From Vicugna vicugna (taxonomy: Eukaryota), in NCBI GenBank assembly GCA_013265495.1, contig MU057930.1, positions 946,057 to 1,010,056 on the forward strand: 64,000 nt of DNA, read 5' to 3'. The first letter of the stretch is position 1, and every line of letters starts with the position of its first letter. Positions 39,701 through 52,367 of this stretch are shown in pieces. A program made the translations under genes and the position numbers. The notes under the pieces are model-generated. The model was not told the DNA's origin and made no database searches. It saw only the letters and a program-made list of their open reading frames with translations.

Positions 39701-41626
39701 TATGAGTACGTGTGAAAGCTGCTTCTAGGTACAGCTGGTCCTGCCCTCCCTCTGAGAGGAAGCGTTTGCAAAATGAGTGGGGCTTTTTTCCCCAGTCACT
39801 TTCCTGCAGCTCAGATCCTTCCGTACGTTGAGGGAATGTCTTTCTTGGAGACAGCAAGGCTGCAACCCCCAGACGGCTGGGGCATTTGATTGCAGGGACA
39901 CGTGTGGATACTTTTCGGGGGGCGTGAGAGGCGTCGGTCGTGAGAACAGATATCAGGGAGGCGGTTACACTCTGCCGGAGGCAGCAGCCCTGGGCCCCTC
40001 GCGACACGGGTGCCCGGGAGTCTGCTGTGAAGCCCACGTGTTTATCTGCTGGCTTGTGTTTGGGACGCCGGAGAGCACGGCGGGGCTGCGCCCCGCGCTA
40101 GGGACCTGTCTGTCCAGCTGTGTGAGCTGAATTGCACAAAGGGACTTCGAAGCATGAACCACTGTTAAAAATATTCTTGTGTCTCTGTCCTGTCTCTCTG
40201 CAATTGTCTAATTTTCTCACTCATTTTTGTCTTTAACCGAAGAGGTAAGGCTCTCTCCCCCAGGAGCTCTGAGCAGTACATAACCTCACACGAGCACACT
40301 TCTGTTTTTCTCGGTCCCTAAGGTATGAAAGGAGATTTCCCAGAGGAGAGAAGACTTAATTTTGGAGACTCAGACGGTCAAAGGGTTTCAGCCAAGGCGG
40401 CGGCACAGGTGAAGTCATGCATTTGGAGGCTTCATGTCCTTCAGTGAGAGTCACGGACACATCCTGAGATGGGAGAGACGTGAGCACTGGGGGCAGGTTT
40501 GAGCGCGCGGGTCCTGGTGGCCAGCAAGGTCTCGGTGAGAACTTTCTGAATCCGTTGACGAACTACCAATCGGTCCGCCAGCGCAGGACTAGGTAAGGCA
40601 CGGGAACCTAATCTCACACGGGAACGTGGATTCTAGCAGGGAAATGCATATGTGGATTTTTTGGTGGCGTCATTTTGGTGGCATGAACTGGCTTCTGGAA
40701 GCTTGTGTAGTCGCCTTGGTGGGAAGTAGGAAGCTCTGCATTTTGGCACCGCTTGGGGGACAGAGAGGACAGAGTGACTGGAAAAGGCTCTAGGACGGTA
40801 TTGACTTCCTAGCGATGCTATTATGAGGCACCAAAAATGGGGTGGCTTAAAACAACAGGAATGTATTAAACCATCATTCTGGACGTGAGACGCCCCAAAT
40901 CAAGGAATGGTCCCTTTGAAACCTGTCCAGAAGGAGTCTCTGTTGCTTCTTGTTCCCTGGCTTGTGACCGCATCCTTGACACAGGAAAAATGGACATGGA
41001 GCGTGAGGAGGGCCACGTCCCGGGTCTTGGTTGAGACCATGGGACGTGCCCTGCCAAGTGTGGAGCCTTGGCTTTGCGCAGGAAAGAATTCAAGAGCGAG
41101 CCACAGTCGAGTAAAGACTGATTTATTCGGAGAGATGCACACCGCATAGCGTGTAGGCTGTTCCAGAAGGCAAGGCAAAGGAGATGAGGTGTGGCGGCTG
41201 GGGGCTCAGGTTAAAGTAAAAGCAGGCACACACTCATAGACGGAGTGCGGGCCGTCTCCGAAGGCGAGGGAGCTGGAGAGAGGCGGCCGCGAGGCTCGCT
41301 GTTGCCGGTTTTTATGGGCTCGCTAGCTTCCCAGGCCAACAAGTGGGAGGGCCATTCCGACGTCCCCAGGGAAGGGGCTGGGATGCCCAGGAACTGGGTC
41401 ACCACGCTCTCTTTGAGCTTTTATGCTCAGCCTCGAAGCCGCCGTGGCACCGGTGGGAGTGTCATTTACCACATTAATATATTACGGTGAGTGTGTATGA
41501 AGCTCAAGGTCGACTGGAGGTCAACTCTCCCGCCGTCTTAATCCGCAAAGCCAACCGGGAGTTGGCTCTTGCGCCATTTTGGTGTTAACTGCTGTCACTC
41601 CTTGAATGGCTGTGCCCTGCCCCCTT
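36725..41626. repeat. 2,451-bp near-identical tandem duplication (36725-39175; 39176-41626)
   Basis: Constant offset of 2451, also visible in duplicated ORFs (37185/39636, 38794/41245); only about 7 substitutions noticed. Confidence 0.97.
38526..39175 (-). mobile_element. ERV1 solo LTR (MER41-like), truncated copy
   Basis: Near-identical to 40977-41626 but lacks the last 13 bp (ccctcctgtctca) because the duplication junction cuts it. Confidence 0.75.
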
Positions 41627-41870
41627 CCCTCCTGTCTCAGCCTCACACGGCCGTCTTCCCTGTGTGTCTGTGTCCTAACCTCCTCCTCTTATAAGGACAC
41701 CAGTGATGCTGGATCAGGGACCCACTCTACTCCGGGGGGCCCTCATCTTAGCTAATTGCATCTGCGATGACCTCACTGCCCAACGAGGTCATATTCTGAA
41801 GTCCTGAGGGCTGGGATTTCAACATACATGCATTTTTTTCTTTTTTTCTGGAGGGAGGCACCGTTCCATG
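40795..41870 (-). mobile_element. MaLR LTR (MLT1B/C-like) split by the ERV1 LTR; left part also duplicated at about 38345-38525
   Basis: ggtggcttaaaacaacaggaatgtatt before the LTR; cttataaggacaccagt..catctgcgatgacc..aggtcatattctgaagtcctg after it. Confidence 0.7.
40977..41639 (-). mobile_element. ERV1 solo LTR (MER41-like), complete
   Basis: Terminal inverted repeats TGACACAGG / CCTGTCTCA; near-TSD tcct/gcct; minus-strand AATAAA (tttatt 41122-41127). Confidence 0.8.
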
Positions 41871-42003
41871 CCCAACCCAGTAGCGGGGACGGAGGTACCA
41901 TCCACACGTCTTGGTAAATAATGCGGCATGAAACGGAGCCAATTTCGAGAAATCACAAATGGCGCCCAAAGTCTCTACGTTGGGTGTAGATGTCTTTGAC
42001 CTT

Positions 42004-42150
42004 TTGTTAATCTTTTCCTTTTTAATTTAGAGTTTATTTGGGGGGGGGACGAGGGAAGGTACTTAGGTTTATTCATATTTTATTTATCTTGAGCGCTATT
42101 TATTTATGCTAAGCACGCGCTCTACCACTTGAGCTGTGTCCCCCCCTCCC
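42004..42150 (-). mobile_element. Vic-1-type SINE with internal deletion
   Basis: atgctaagcacgcgctctaccacttgagctgtgtcccccc and ggtacttaggtttatt present, B-box segment absent; TSD tgtcYttgacctt at 41991-42003 and 42154-42166. Confidence 0.75.
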
Positions 42151-44257
42151 GGGTGTCCTTGACCTTAATTGACATGCAGAACATCAGCAGAAGCTAAGGT
42201 GTTGAACCCACTGGGTTTATCATGCCTGAGAATTATTTAGGAATGACTTGACAACAGAGACTTGGACTTGGGAGAACTCGAGAGCCCTATGAGATCCGGT
42301 CCCTATGGTGGTCACGTCTCTTCTGTCAGTCAAGTTGTTAACTGCACCGAGCAGCCGTAGGGACAGAATATAACGCTGCCTCATGTGCTGGTGTGGAAAC
42401 ATCTCCAGGATATACGGGCAGGTGACAGAAAGCAATGCACCTGATGATGCTGTAACGTCTGTTACCCCACGTGGAAATTGTATGTGAAATGACAAGGTAT
42501 ATTTGCACAGTGTCTGGGGTTGAAAGTCCAAGATTCAGAAAACTCCAAGGGGATTTTGGGAGGAGCGCTGAATTCCATTTTTGCACCTAGGGATTCGCTA
42601 CCATCTCACAGTGGGCATTATCTGTATATTAACAGTTGGTTTGAATACACGTATGGGCGCCGTCTGCATTTTCGTGGATATCCCGTGGTGTCACTGCTCT
42701 GGGTCTGTGTGTGTGTGGATCATGCCGTGCTGTTTTGTAGAAGGAAGGTGAGATGGGGTCGTTCAGGAGGGAGGTGGGTGGAAAGCAGTTTCGTCACCCT
42801 GGTGTGCCCCCATCAGTGGTGCTCCGCGTCTAACCGTCCAGCACCGCGATGTCCCTTAGGGGAGAAAGCAGACAGGTGTGCTCTTGGAATCAGCATTCAT
42901 CATGCAAAGGAATGCTGGTAAAGAGGGGAGGTAAAGACACAAAAGCGTGAGTGGATAAGGAAGGATGCTGGAAAAGAATGTCGTGGGGGCAGGTGACAAC
43001 TTTTAAGCAGCAACTGGGTCTCTTCTGCCTCCAAGATTTAACGATGCAAGTCGCTCTGGATTTGCAAGAGGGAGTGACAATTACCGAGCCCTGCTGGGAA
43101 GCGGGGATCCCCAGTTTTCCAATTTTACAGCACATTGGTTTGCAGCCGGGACAGTCTGTGTAACCCTGGGCTTTAAAGGAATCATTTACTTCTGAGGTTC
43201 TCTTGGCGCCGGTGCTCGGCTGGATAGAGTCGGCGTGGTCACGCCCGGCACTGCCATCAACTCCCTCTGGAAAGTGTGTCATATTACATGCAATTCAGAG
43301 ATATGTCTGCCAGCCTCCTGAGGAGATGCTCCGTGAGAGCGTGAAGGAGTTCTTCTACTGCCGAAGAAGATCTTGAGAACATTGTGCCTCGGCAGTCATG
43401 ACCCTGACAATCGCGGGTGAAGTAGCCCAGACTGAGCTGAGTGAGTGGGCGCTGCGCTCGATTCTGATTCTGCAAACCGCCTGAAGTTTCCAGACACTGT
43501 CACCGTTAGCAGTGTTTTTGTAGCATCACAGACGGACTTTTGCAAATTGACGGTTTCTCCTTGTGGTTTCAATTTAAATGCCTGCTTAAAATACAGAGTC
43601 TTAAGTAATGGGAAAGGAAGGCATATGGAAGTTTGATATCATGTTTGCAAGAACACAGCGCCATTCCCCTCTCATGTTATAGCTCTGACTTACAGTGTCA
43701 CCTGAAGTTGAAACGGTACACAAGATAGAAACTAGATTTTTTCCAAAACCATGGCTATCACCAGATTGGGAAGGCACGGGGTGAGGGGAGGTTGCAGGTG
43801 GAAACAGGCAGTGTGGGTTTCCAGCATACACCGAATTTCAGGAGACACAGACCCATGGGATTTCACTGGTATTTAAACAAGCACTCCTTGACTCCAGGGA
43901 GGAATTCAAAACACACGTTGCAGAAATCACCAGATAGATCTTTTTAGCCTTTCCTATTATGATCTTGATTATAAGTGATCATTTCCACCTGTTTTTACCA
44001 TATATGTTGCTCTCAGGAGGCAAACCTCAAAATTACCCCAACCACAAACGAACCCACTATGCAGAATGAGCAACTGTTGCAAGCAGTGTTGCTTTGCTCT
44101 TCTTGTTAATGTATAAGATGTAGAAGACACAGGCAAATATTCCTTTGTCCTCAGCCCAGGTCTTTTGACCTTGTACTTCAAGGCAAACACTCCGACGAGG
44201 CTGGTGTTCACTGCCCCTGTCTCTGATTGCATTTTCTTCTCCTCCTCCTCCTCCTCC

Positions 44258-44425
44258 TTTTTAATTGAAGTGCAGTCAATTACAATGTGTTCATTTCTGG
44301 TGCACAGCACCACGTCCCAGTCATGCATATACAGACAGATACTCATTTTCACATTCTTTTTCATTAAACGTTATTACAAGATATTGAACATAGTTCCCTG
44401 TGCTACATAGAAGACGCTGGTTTTT
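44258..44425 (-). mobile_element. L1 3'-terminal fragment
   Basis: ttttaattgaagtgcagtcaattacaatg..gtcccagtcatgcat..atagttccctgtgctacatagaag. Confidence 0.85.
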
Positions 44426-44674
44426 TATTTCTTTAAAAATGACTTTATTATTTTAGCGGTCAAATTTATATCCATTTGCTTGTGGTACCAAACCCTCTAG
44501 AAGCATTTGTTTACTCAGCAGAGGTTTCTCAACATCTAACCATGTTGATGGATGTTGTTAGAGGGCCCAGGTGTAAGATCATTCATTATGTCTAATTTTG
44601 TCCAAACTCAAATGGACAGACGTGCATCTGTCCTCTAAAGGGGAGGAATATTGCAAGAGATGCTTATGGTGGAG

Positions 44675-44818
44675 TGGTGGTGTGAGTTGAATTGTGTCAC
44701 CCCCCCCAACCAAAAAAAAAAAAGGTGTGGCTGTCCTAACTCCTAGAACTAGTGGATGCAACTTTATTTGGCAACATGATCTTTGAAGATGTAAAAAAAG
44801 TTAACCTGAGGCCATTAT
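44675..44818 (+). mobile_element. MaLR/MLT1 LTR 5' fragment
   Basis: gttgaattgtgtcacccc..gtcctaactcctagaac..ttatttggcaacatgatctttgaagatgtaa. Confidence 0.55.
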
Positions 44819-45186
44819 GTTACAGAAACGACAGGCCAGCCAAGAAACAAGCACCACTCGGAGGGCTGGAGCACTCAGATGTGTTACGCCGGCGGGCTCA
44901 GAGGGGCTTCTGCTCCGAAGCTCTGAGCACCTCCAGGACTGTGCGCATGAAGTTTTATAGGGTAAAGTACAAGCTTGGGGTATTCGGCCAATAGGCATGG
45001 AACAGCTTTAGCAGCATCGTTATCACAAAAGTGGAGCAGGGAGGCCCCAAACCAACATTCCAAAGCCAGATATGTATCTTTGAAAACCCAGCTGGCTAGC
45101 AAAAAAACATGAACAGCAAACCAACACTAATTAACTTAGATTTACAAATTAGTCCAGCAGAAGTCAGATCAGTATTCCAATACTTA

Positions 45187-45282
45187 GATTTGTGTGTTAA
45201 CTTGTTAGCCCAGCCCAGCCTCTCCTTCACATTCCTCGACTTGTGAGTTATCTTGTTAGCCCAGCCCAGCTTTTTCTTCACA
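45187..45282. repeat. 51-bp-period diverged tandem duplication
   Basis: gaYttgtgWgttaWcttgttagcccagcccagc..cttcaca at 45187 and 45238. Confidence 0.8.
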
Positions 45283-47112
45283 ATTAAAGTTGATGTTCAC
45301 CCAGGATGACTTATTAAAAAAAGGGGATTTTGGACATAATGACCAATTTCGGACAAAAACGTCATTAGGGCTTACATAACTTTTAAGGGGAAGTCACTAT
45401 GTATTCTCTAACTGGAAGAGTTTTTGGACTGTGCCCAAATCAAATGAAATCTTAAAAAAAAAAAAGGAAAAAATGCTAATGAGTTGATAATGAAGACTTG
45501 GAGTCACATTCCTAAGTAGTTCCCCACTTCTGTCAGTTCCTGTTACAATTAAATTTTAATGTGTTCACAAGACTTCCTCTAATCAAAACAGAGAGACGAC
45601 TTTTCTTGATCGGTCACGTGAAGAAAAAAGTTGGCGTCATCCCCCAAAAGGTGGCGCAAGGTGTGAAGTCCAAGAGATTGTTCACAATGAAGTTATTGTC
45701 ACCTTCCCTGCCCCTGCATGACTCATACCCACTCTGTGCTCAGTTGGACGTTTTAATCTTTAAAGTGGAGAGGAAAAATAGAACGTTTTTAAAAGCAAAT
45801 CTTCAGGTGGGAAAGCTTAGCGTGTTTGCCTGAAAACGCATTCATTTTTGCTCCAGCGGACAATTTGCAGTGGGGAATCATTTCCGTCTCAGCCTGGAGA
45901 TTGGAAAATGAAACTATAAATGAAAAAGCTCCTCGCTCGGCGTTCTGGAGGTGGGCTGCGTCCAGGGTGGGGGACGGGACGGTTTTTCCGCAGCCTTTGT
46001 AACCCTGCCCGCATTTGCATGGGGTGTGTTGGGGTGTTCTGCCAGGTAGGTCTCCAGCTCAAGTCTGAGTCAGGATGGCTCTTTGGGCCAAGTTGCATTT
46101 TGGTTTGTGAATGGGAGGCAAATATCTTTTCTAAGGGTTCCCAAATTACTCAAAGCTCTTCTGATAAATATGGTAATTGGTTGATTTCAATCTGAAAGGA
46201 GTTGGTGTTCAGCTGAGATGTCCTGGCGTCACAGGGCGGGTTATCAGAATGGAATCATTAATTCTGTTTGTACCTATGGTATAAAGTGAAATTCGATTCT
46301 GTCATTCCTTTCGTAAAGGTATCCATTGGAGTGTGTGTCAGTGGCATACCAACTTTCCCTGCGGTGGGGAGGAAAAGTTTGCTGTAGGAAAAAAAAAAAA
46401 AAAGATTCAACTTCCTCTAGAAATCCCTTCCCTTTGTTTTCTTAAAAATACCCACCTTATTAATAGTTTGAAGTATGCCAAGAAACATACACCATAGTCA
46501 AGATTTCTGTAAGCCTATAGGAGCACCCTGGGATCGACAGAAACAGCTTTGGGGTTTTCCGCCAGCAGCGTTCTTTGAACTGACATACATTTACGTAGGG
46601 AAAATGAAACGGGCCATCTGCAGAAACTGCCAGAAACTCAGCGTGCAATGAAGACTCAGCGTAGGGAAGAAAAAGGGACTCGTCTGACTCTCTAGGCTCA
46701 TTGCCTTCACAGGGTCGGCTTGCTTGATTGTAAAAAGCAGATAAATTATAGGAATGTGCGGTAGACATTTTCACAGCTATGATAATGGTTTTCGTTGCTC
46801 TTCTGAATTCATTGACGACTTAGATGGTCAGGGTGAGTGAAGGTGTCTCGTGAGCAACGTCTCATCAACCCACTGCCCAACGAGCCTGCCGTCCAAGCTC
46901 AGCTGTGGCTAGACGGCGAGGCAGCAGGAAACTTCCCATGTGAGTCCTGGTTCTAGGAGCACATCATCTTGGTGTCAGGCAAGAAGAAGAAGCACTCTCT
47001 CTCTCTCTCTTTTTTTGAAAAATTGGGATACACTAGACACATGTAGATTGCGAGTTTGAGATGGATGGCTTCTTACTTTGATGCATGTGTATCCTGCAGT
47101 GTATTAGCACCA

Positions 47113-47524
47113 TCGAATTAGCTTAACACCTCGATCGCATCACAGAATGATCACTTCTATTTTGGTGATGAGAACAGTGAAGATGTACTCTGAAGTGTCT
47201 ACTACGGTGTTGCTGACTGTAATCATGATCAGATCTCCAGAACGTATTTTTGTACTAACTGTTGTTTTGACGCCGATGATCTTGCCGGTGATTACTGGCG
47301 CTACCAGGCGTAACCCAGTCGAATTAGCTTAACACCCCGATCGCATCACAGAAATGATCACTTCTTTTTCGGTGATGAGAACAGTGAAGATGTACTCTGA
47401 AGTGTCTACTACGGTGTTGCTGACTGTAATCATGATCAGATCTCCAGAACGTATTTTTGTACTAACTGTTGTTTTGACGCCGATGATCTTGCCGGTGATT
47501 ACTGGCGCTACCAGGCGTAACCCA
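47113..47524. repeat. 206-bp tandem duplication overlapping an old minus-strand L1M 3' end
   Basis: Units start at 47113 and 47319; duplicated ORFs at 47147 and 47354. Confidence 0.95.
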
Positions 47525-48461
47525 CACTGTGATTAGTACACAGGGTAAGGGATTCTGTGGACTGAACGTGGCTTAGGAAAAAGTGGGATGGCTCAGGCGG
47601 TGATCAGAGGTTACTTGATAAGTCTGGAAAGGTTGTGCCAATGGCTGGAGGCCAGTTAGCCAAGGGCTAGTGGGCGCCTGCTTCATGTATTTTCATAGCG
47701 TGATAGCTCATTTCCTGAATAATACTCCATTTCCTTAATGTACCCATGGTCACCGATCCATTGACCTACCACAGGACATCTTGGTTGCTCCCAAATTTTG
47801 GCCGTGATAAATAAATCCGCTGTAAACATTTCTGTGCAGAGCATATAACGTTGCAATTTTTGACACATTCTATTCAGTTTATTAACTGAGTTGTCATTTC
47901 TTATCCTGTCTTAAACTAAATCCATACAGGGAATTTTTCTTCTCATTTTCTAATGAAAAAAAAAAAGAAATGGATGAAAAATGGAGGCGATCAAAGTTAG
48001 CATCAGAAAATACCTCGAGGACAGGCATTTAAATGATGTTTTCATATCCACAGTGCCTAGCACCATGTATGGCAGATTTTAGGTGTTAACGTATAGATGT
48101 GAAAATATTATTTCGCTAAATAATACATGAATTGAAAAGCATTAAAAAAGTCCACACATTTATAAAGAAGGATGTAATATCACAAAGAATCTATCCAACA
48201 TTTGCTTTAAATAGAAAACTTGTTTGTTATGACATGAAAAATGAAATATTCAAGGACAGGTCATTCAAATACGTTAGGATATTACCTTATGCTATTGGCT
48301 GTCCATCTTGGGTCTTTGCATCGTTTGGATTCATTCCTCCTGGTCATCATGGATACTATAATTTTTAATTAGCTCCTTTGTAGAGGTTTATGTATAAATA
48401 ATTTAGTTGAACTCATGAGAAACCTGCAATGAGTGACTTAATCTTTTTCATTCTCCTCCAG

Positions 48462-48618
48462 GATGAACAGTCAATTTCATATTTGACCATGGGCTTCACA
48501 GACATTCCCACCTTTTTTGAGACCACATAACACATCTCACTGTCACCTTTGTGCCAAAGATCCGTTTGGGTTTTCGATCAAAGTTATGGCAAAATTAACA
48601 AGGGCTTCTGATTGTCAG
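48462..48618 (+). other. Candidate 157-nt exon, possibly holding a start codon (ATG 48586, MAKLTRASDCQ)
   Basis: Branch-like gacttaat, tract ctttttcattctcctccag, donor CAG|GTATGG; ATG in context GTTATGG, preceded by two short upstream ORFs. Confidence 0.4.
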
Positions 48619-49284
48619 GTATGGTGTGGGGTTTTTTTGTATCTAACTCCACCCTAGGAATCAATTAGGAGTCTGAATTTTTACTCAGCGTGTCACTCTT
48701 CCGTGTCACACTCCACATTTTGTCTAGACCCAGCTAATAAAAGAGAAATTTCAACATGATAAATAAAACCCATCCAGTTCTTTTAAACAGATGGCCTTGA
48801 AGACGTTTTCTTATTTTGTATCTAAAAAAAAAAACCCAAAACAAAACAAAACAAAACAAAAAGTCACTGCAGTAACCCCAGGCACATTGACCAAAGCAGG
48901 AAGATGCCGCGTCTGAATTGACAGGCAACACTGGTCTCCCATCACCACCTTGAGATTGCTTTTGGAAATCGGCTCTTAGCCATGCCAATCCCCTCTCTAG
49001 AGAGAGGCTTGACAGAGAGAGGGACCTGGCAGTAAACCTTAAAATTGCAGAGACCTGTCACACCATGGCTTTCCCCAGCCAACAACATTATTAAAAAAAA
49101 AAAAAAAAAGATGGCAGCAGACATCTAAAATTAAATGTCAAAACGGCAGTGAAAATGGCTCAGGCACCTCGACCAGACACAATGCATGTAAAAGAAGGAG
49201 TCACTGATCACTCAGAGCTTCTGAACCAAAGCGCTCTGTCAATCAAAGCCCCTCTTCGAGTGGCACTTGAAATGGGAGCCACAG

Positions 49285-49800
49285 TGTCAACATGTCCAAA
49301 GCCATTCTGCTTGCTGCACGGCAGGCCAATAAATCTGGAGACGAGGTGTTGGGGCGAGGAATAGCGACTTTACTTGGAAAGCCAGAAGGCCGCAAAGAAT
49401 GGGGACTAATGTCCTAGAGAACCATCTTCCCCAAGTCCGAATTCAGGCTCCTTTTATACTAAAAAGAGGCGGGGGTGTGGTTGGTTGTTGCAAACTTCTT
49501 GGTGTCAGAATCCTTTGTTCTTGCAGCTGTCCACAGGTCAGGTCACCATGTTCTTGTAAACCTTCAGCAAAACAAACGTTCTTTTCTATTCTGCAACTTT
49601 TTGTCTCTATATGAATGGAGAAGTGTTACAGCCTTAAAGGTCAGAGCCTTGAGAATGGGCTCTCCTGTCGATTTCAGGCTAAAGGGAACATTCTTTTACA
49701 AAAGGTGCAGAGCCAGCATGATCAGCGCAGGGCGCAGGGCGCAGGGTTAGAGCCGAGGGAACAGATCTAACGTGGGCTCAGATTTGCTCTCCCTACTCCC
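49285..49800 (-). mobile_element. ERV1-class solo LTR
   Basis: Collinear with 61525-62046; near-TSD acag/gcag. Confidence 0.75.
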
Positions 49801-50439
49801 GCAGCAGTGCACGGGCACCGTTTGTGATAAGCCCCACCCTGCCCACCGGCATCTCTCGTTAAAGTGGACCCTTGGACAGGGATGTGAGTTTTGCCCTGGG
49901 GAGCACCGTGGGATGGGGAGACAGTGCATTTTTCACCACTGCCCCGTCTGCACTGGGCATCCCTGCACGTGGAGCTTGTCTGAAAGTCCCGCCACCCTCC
50001 ATGTCTCTCTCCTGCCAGGTCATACCCGTCTTCCAAGATGCACTAAATTTATAAGCTTCCCGGGGAAGTCGCCTGTAAAATTCTCTCCCCCAGAAATGGT
50101 TGAATGGCGACCCTGAACTGTGATCCCATTGCGTGCTCACTCCCTGGCACTGGGGACCTCCTAACTGCACTGCTCTGTGACACAGCTCCCCCCTTGATGC
50201 TGAGATGCACACTTCCTGGGACCCCCAGCTCCTCCTCCTTCCCCCACCTCTCAAGAGAGTGGAGAAGCATCGCTTTTCTCCTGAGGCCGTATGGGTCTAT
50301 GCAGACTTCCCGGGACAGACTCGCTCAATCAAGATCTTCCTTAGACGCAGGTCGTGAACATTTTCATTGTAGAGCTTTGAGTGTGACCCTCACAGAGCTG
50401 GCGGCCTCAGAACCTCTCATGTGAGGACGCTATTTTCTT

Positions 50440-50670
50440 TAATTAATAGCAAAATTGACACGACATGGCATTAGCCATCTAAAGGGCAACCCAGTGGCAT
50501 CTAGTCAGCTCATAACGACATGCAACCATCACCACGATCTACTCCCAGAATGTTGTCATCTGCCTGAAGGGAAACCCTTTACCCATCAAGCAGTCACTCT
50601 CTGTTGCTCCTGGCCACCACTCACCTGCTTTCTTTCCTAATGGGTCTGCCCGTTCTGGACATTTCCCATA
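50440..50670 (-). mobile_element. Old L1 (L1MB-like) 3' end fragment
   Basis: tgcaaccatcaccacgatctactcccagaat..ccatcaagcagtcactc..ctgcccgttctggacatttcccata. Confidence 0.6.
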
Positions 50671-52367
50671 AAAGGAGCGGTGCGTGTGTTTTAACGTGGT
50701 AATTCTGCGAAGGGCCTGCGGGGCCAAGCTACGGTGCCTGTTCACGCTCTCCGAAGTCACAAAGACGCCAGAGAGCTTGTGACAGACGCAGACAGAAAGA
50801 GAGAAACAGCGCGGTAGGATTAATGAACATTGCCCGTGTGCTGAGATCAAAGTCGCTAACCGGTCGCGCATCCTGACTCAGGTCTCCGAGCGTGTCTCCG
50901 ACCGTCTGAAGAGTGTGAGGAACAGCACAGCCTCTGCCATCTGACGCTTACTGTATACCCGAGGCCCCGGCCAGGAGCAGTGAGTCAACCACGTGGATCT
51001 TCCCGCTCGAACTTCTTCCATTCTCACCTAGAAGATGTTTGTGTCTTTTTTTTTTTCCTTTTTTCCTTTTTCTTTTCCTTTTTTTCTGTAGCGCTGTAAC
51101 TCTCAGACATTGATGCCTGCTTCCTTTGGTTGACTTTAAATCAAAAGGACTGAGAAGAGATGTATTTTCTAAAGACGGTGATTGATTTGAAGGCGGGGCG
51201 GATGGGCTGGGGTCACATCACTAACGTTCTGTTTCTCAGTGACCCGGTCACGCAGGTGTGTCTTGGGTTCTGTTTGGACTTGCCGGGTGTGCGGTGGGGG
51301 AAAGAACTGTGGTATCTCATATGCAAGCTCAGGCCAGAGAACGTGACGCCTGCAGATGTAACCCTTTCTTTAGGAACGGGTTATCCGGAACGTGCAAGTT
51401 ATTCCGTGAAAAGAACAGTGATGTTGAGAGTAGTGCACTTGTCTGCTTTTGATTTTCATTTAATCAAATGCCAAGTGTTTGGGGAGGCAGGAAGGAAAGT
51501 AATTTAAACAAACAGAAAAACCAAATCCAGCTTTGCACAAGCACGCATCCAAGCCGTCCAAAAAGTGGATAAACAAGCATGCATAACAAAAAAAACCTCA
51601 GCTCAGTTGTTTATTTACAGTCTGTGAAATTATTCTATCGTATGAAATGGTCCCGTTAACACTCAGTGTAACCTTTCTGGGGTTTTCCCACTCTCCAGAC
51701 GTGCAAGGGGAAATAAAGTACAGGGAAACAGAAACGAGTTTTAAATGTCAGCATGCGTGAAGCGCCAGGCCAGGCCACAGAGGAAACCACAGTTACGTCT
51801 ACACCAGAACCCAGGATTTCTCAGCCGTGTAAAGATTTTTTTTTTTTCAAATCATGGTCCTCTTATCCCATTCATAAATTGCTTCCCTCTGTATCAGTGA
51901 GAGACTAGATGTCTCTCACATCTTTTAAAACCGTAAATGTGCTGAGGCATGACTGTTGCTTGCCGAGAGGTTACCTGTTGTACTAGCAATGCCCAAATCA
52001 CAGGGGCTCCACCCAGCAAGAGTTCTTTGTCCACAAACATCACGGTCCACTGTGGGTTGTGGAGTCCCTTCCAGAAGCCCCTGCCAAGTGTGTGCTGGAA
52101 AAGGCTTTCCATGTTCAAAGTAGGTAGAATTCACGCTGGCCACTGGCATGTTTCCATCAGACAGGAGAGGATGCAGTGACATCCACTGCTCTTGTCCAAG
52201 TCCCACGGATGAGAACTAGCCCCGAGGAAGCTGGGAAGGAGATTCCAGTAGGGGAGAAGGAATCGGATACGTGGGATCCTGGAAACAAGCAGCCAACGTC
52301 TACTATGGGATTGTCCCCACATCACACAATGATTTTGCTGTATTTTATTTACATCACCTGAACACCA

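Noticed and set aside
37185..40162. Duplicated ORFs of 117-133 aa as a tandem gene pair
   Set aside because: No recognisable protein features; ORF identity simply reflects the DNA duplication.
40977..41639. Interferon-inducible STAT1 enhancer, as described for some MER41 LTRs
   Set aside because: I found no canonical TTCnnnGAA motif in this copy.
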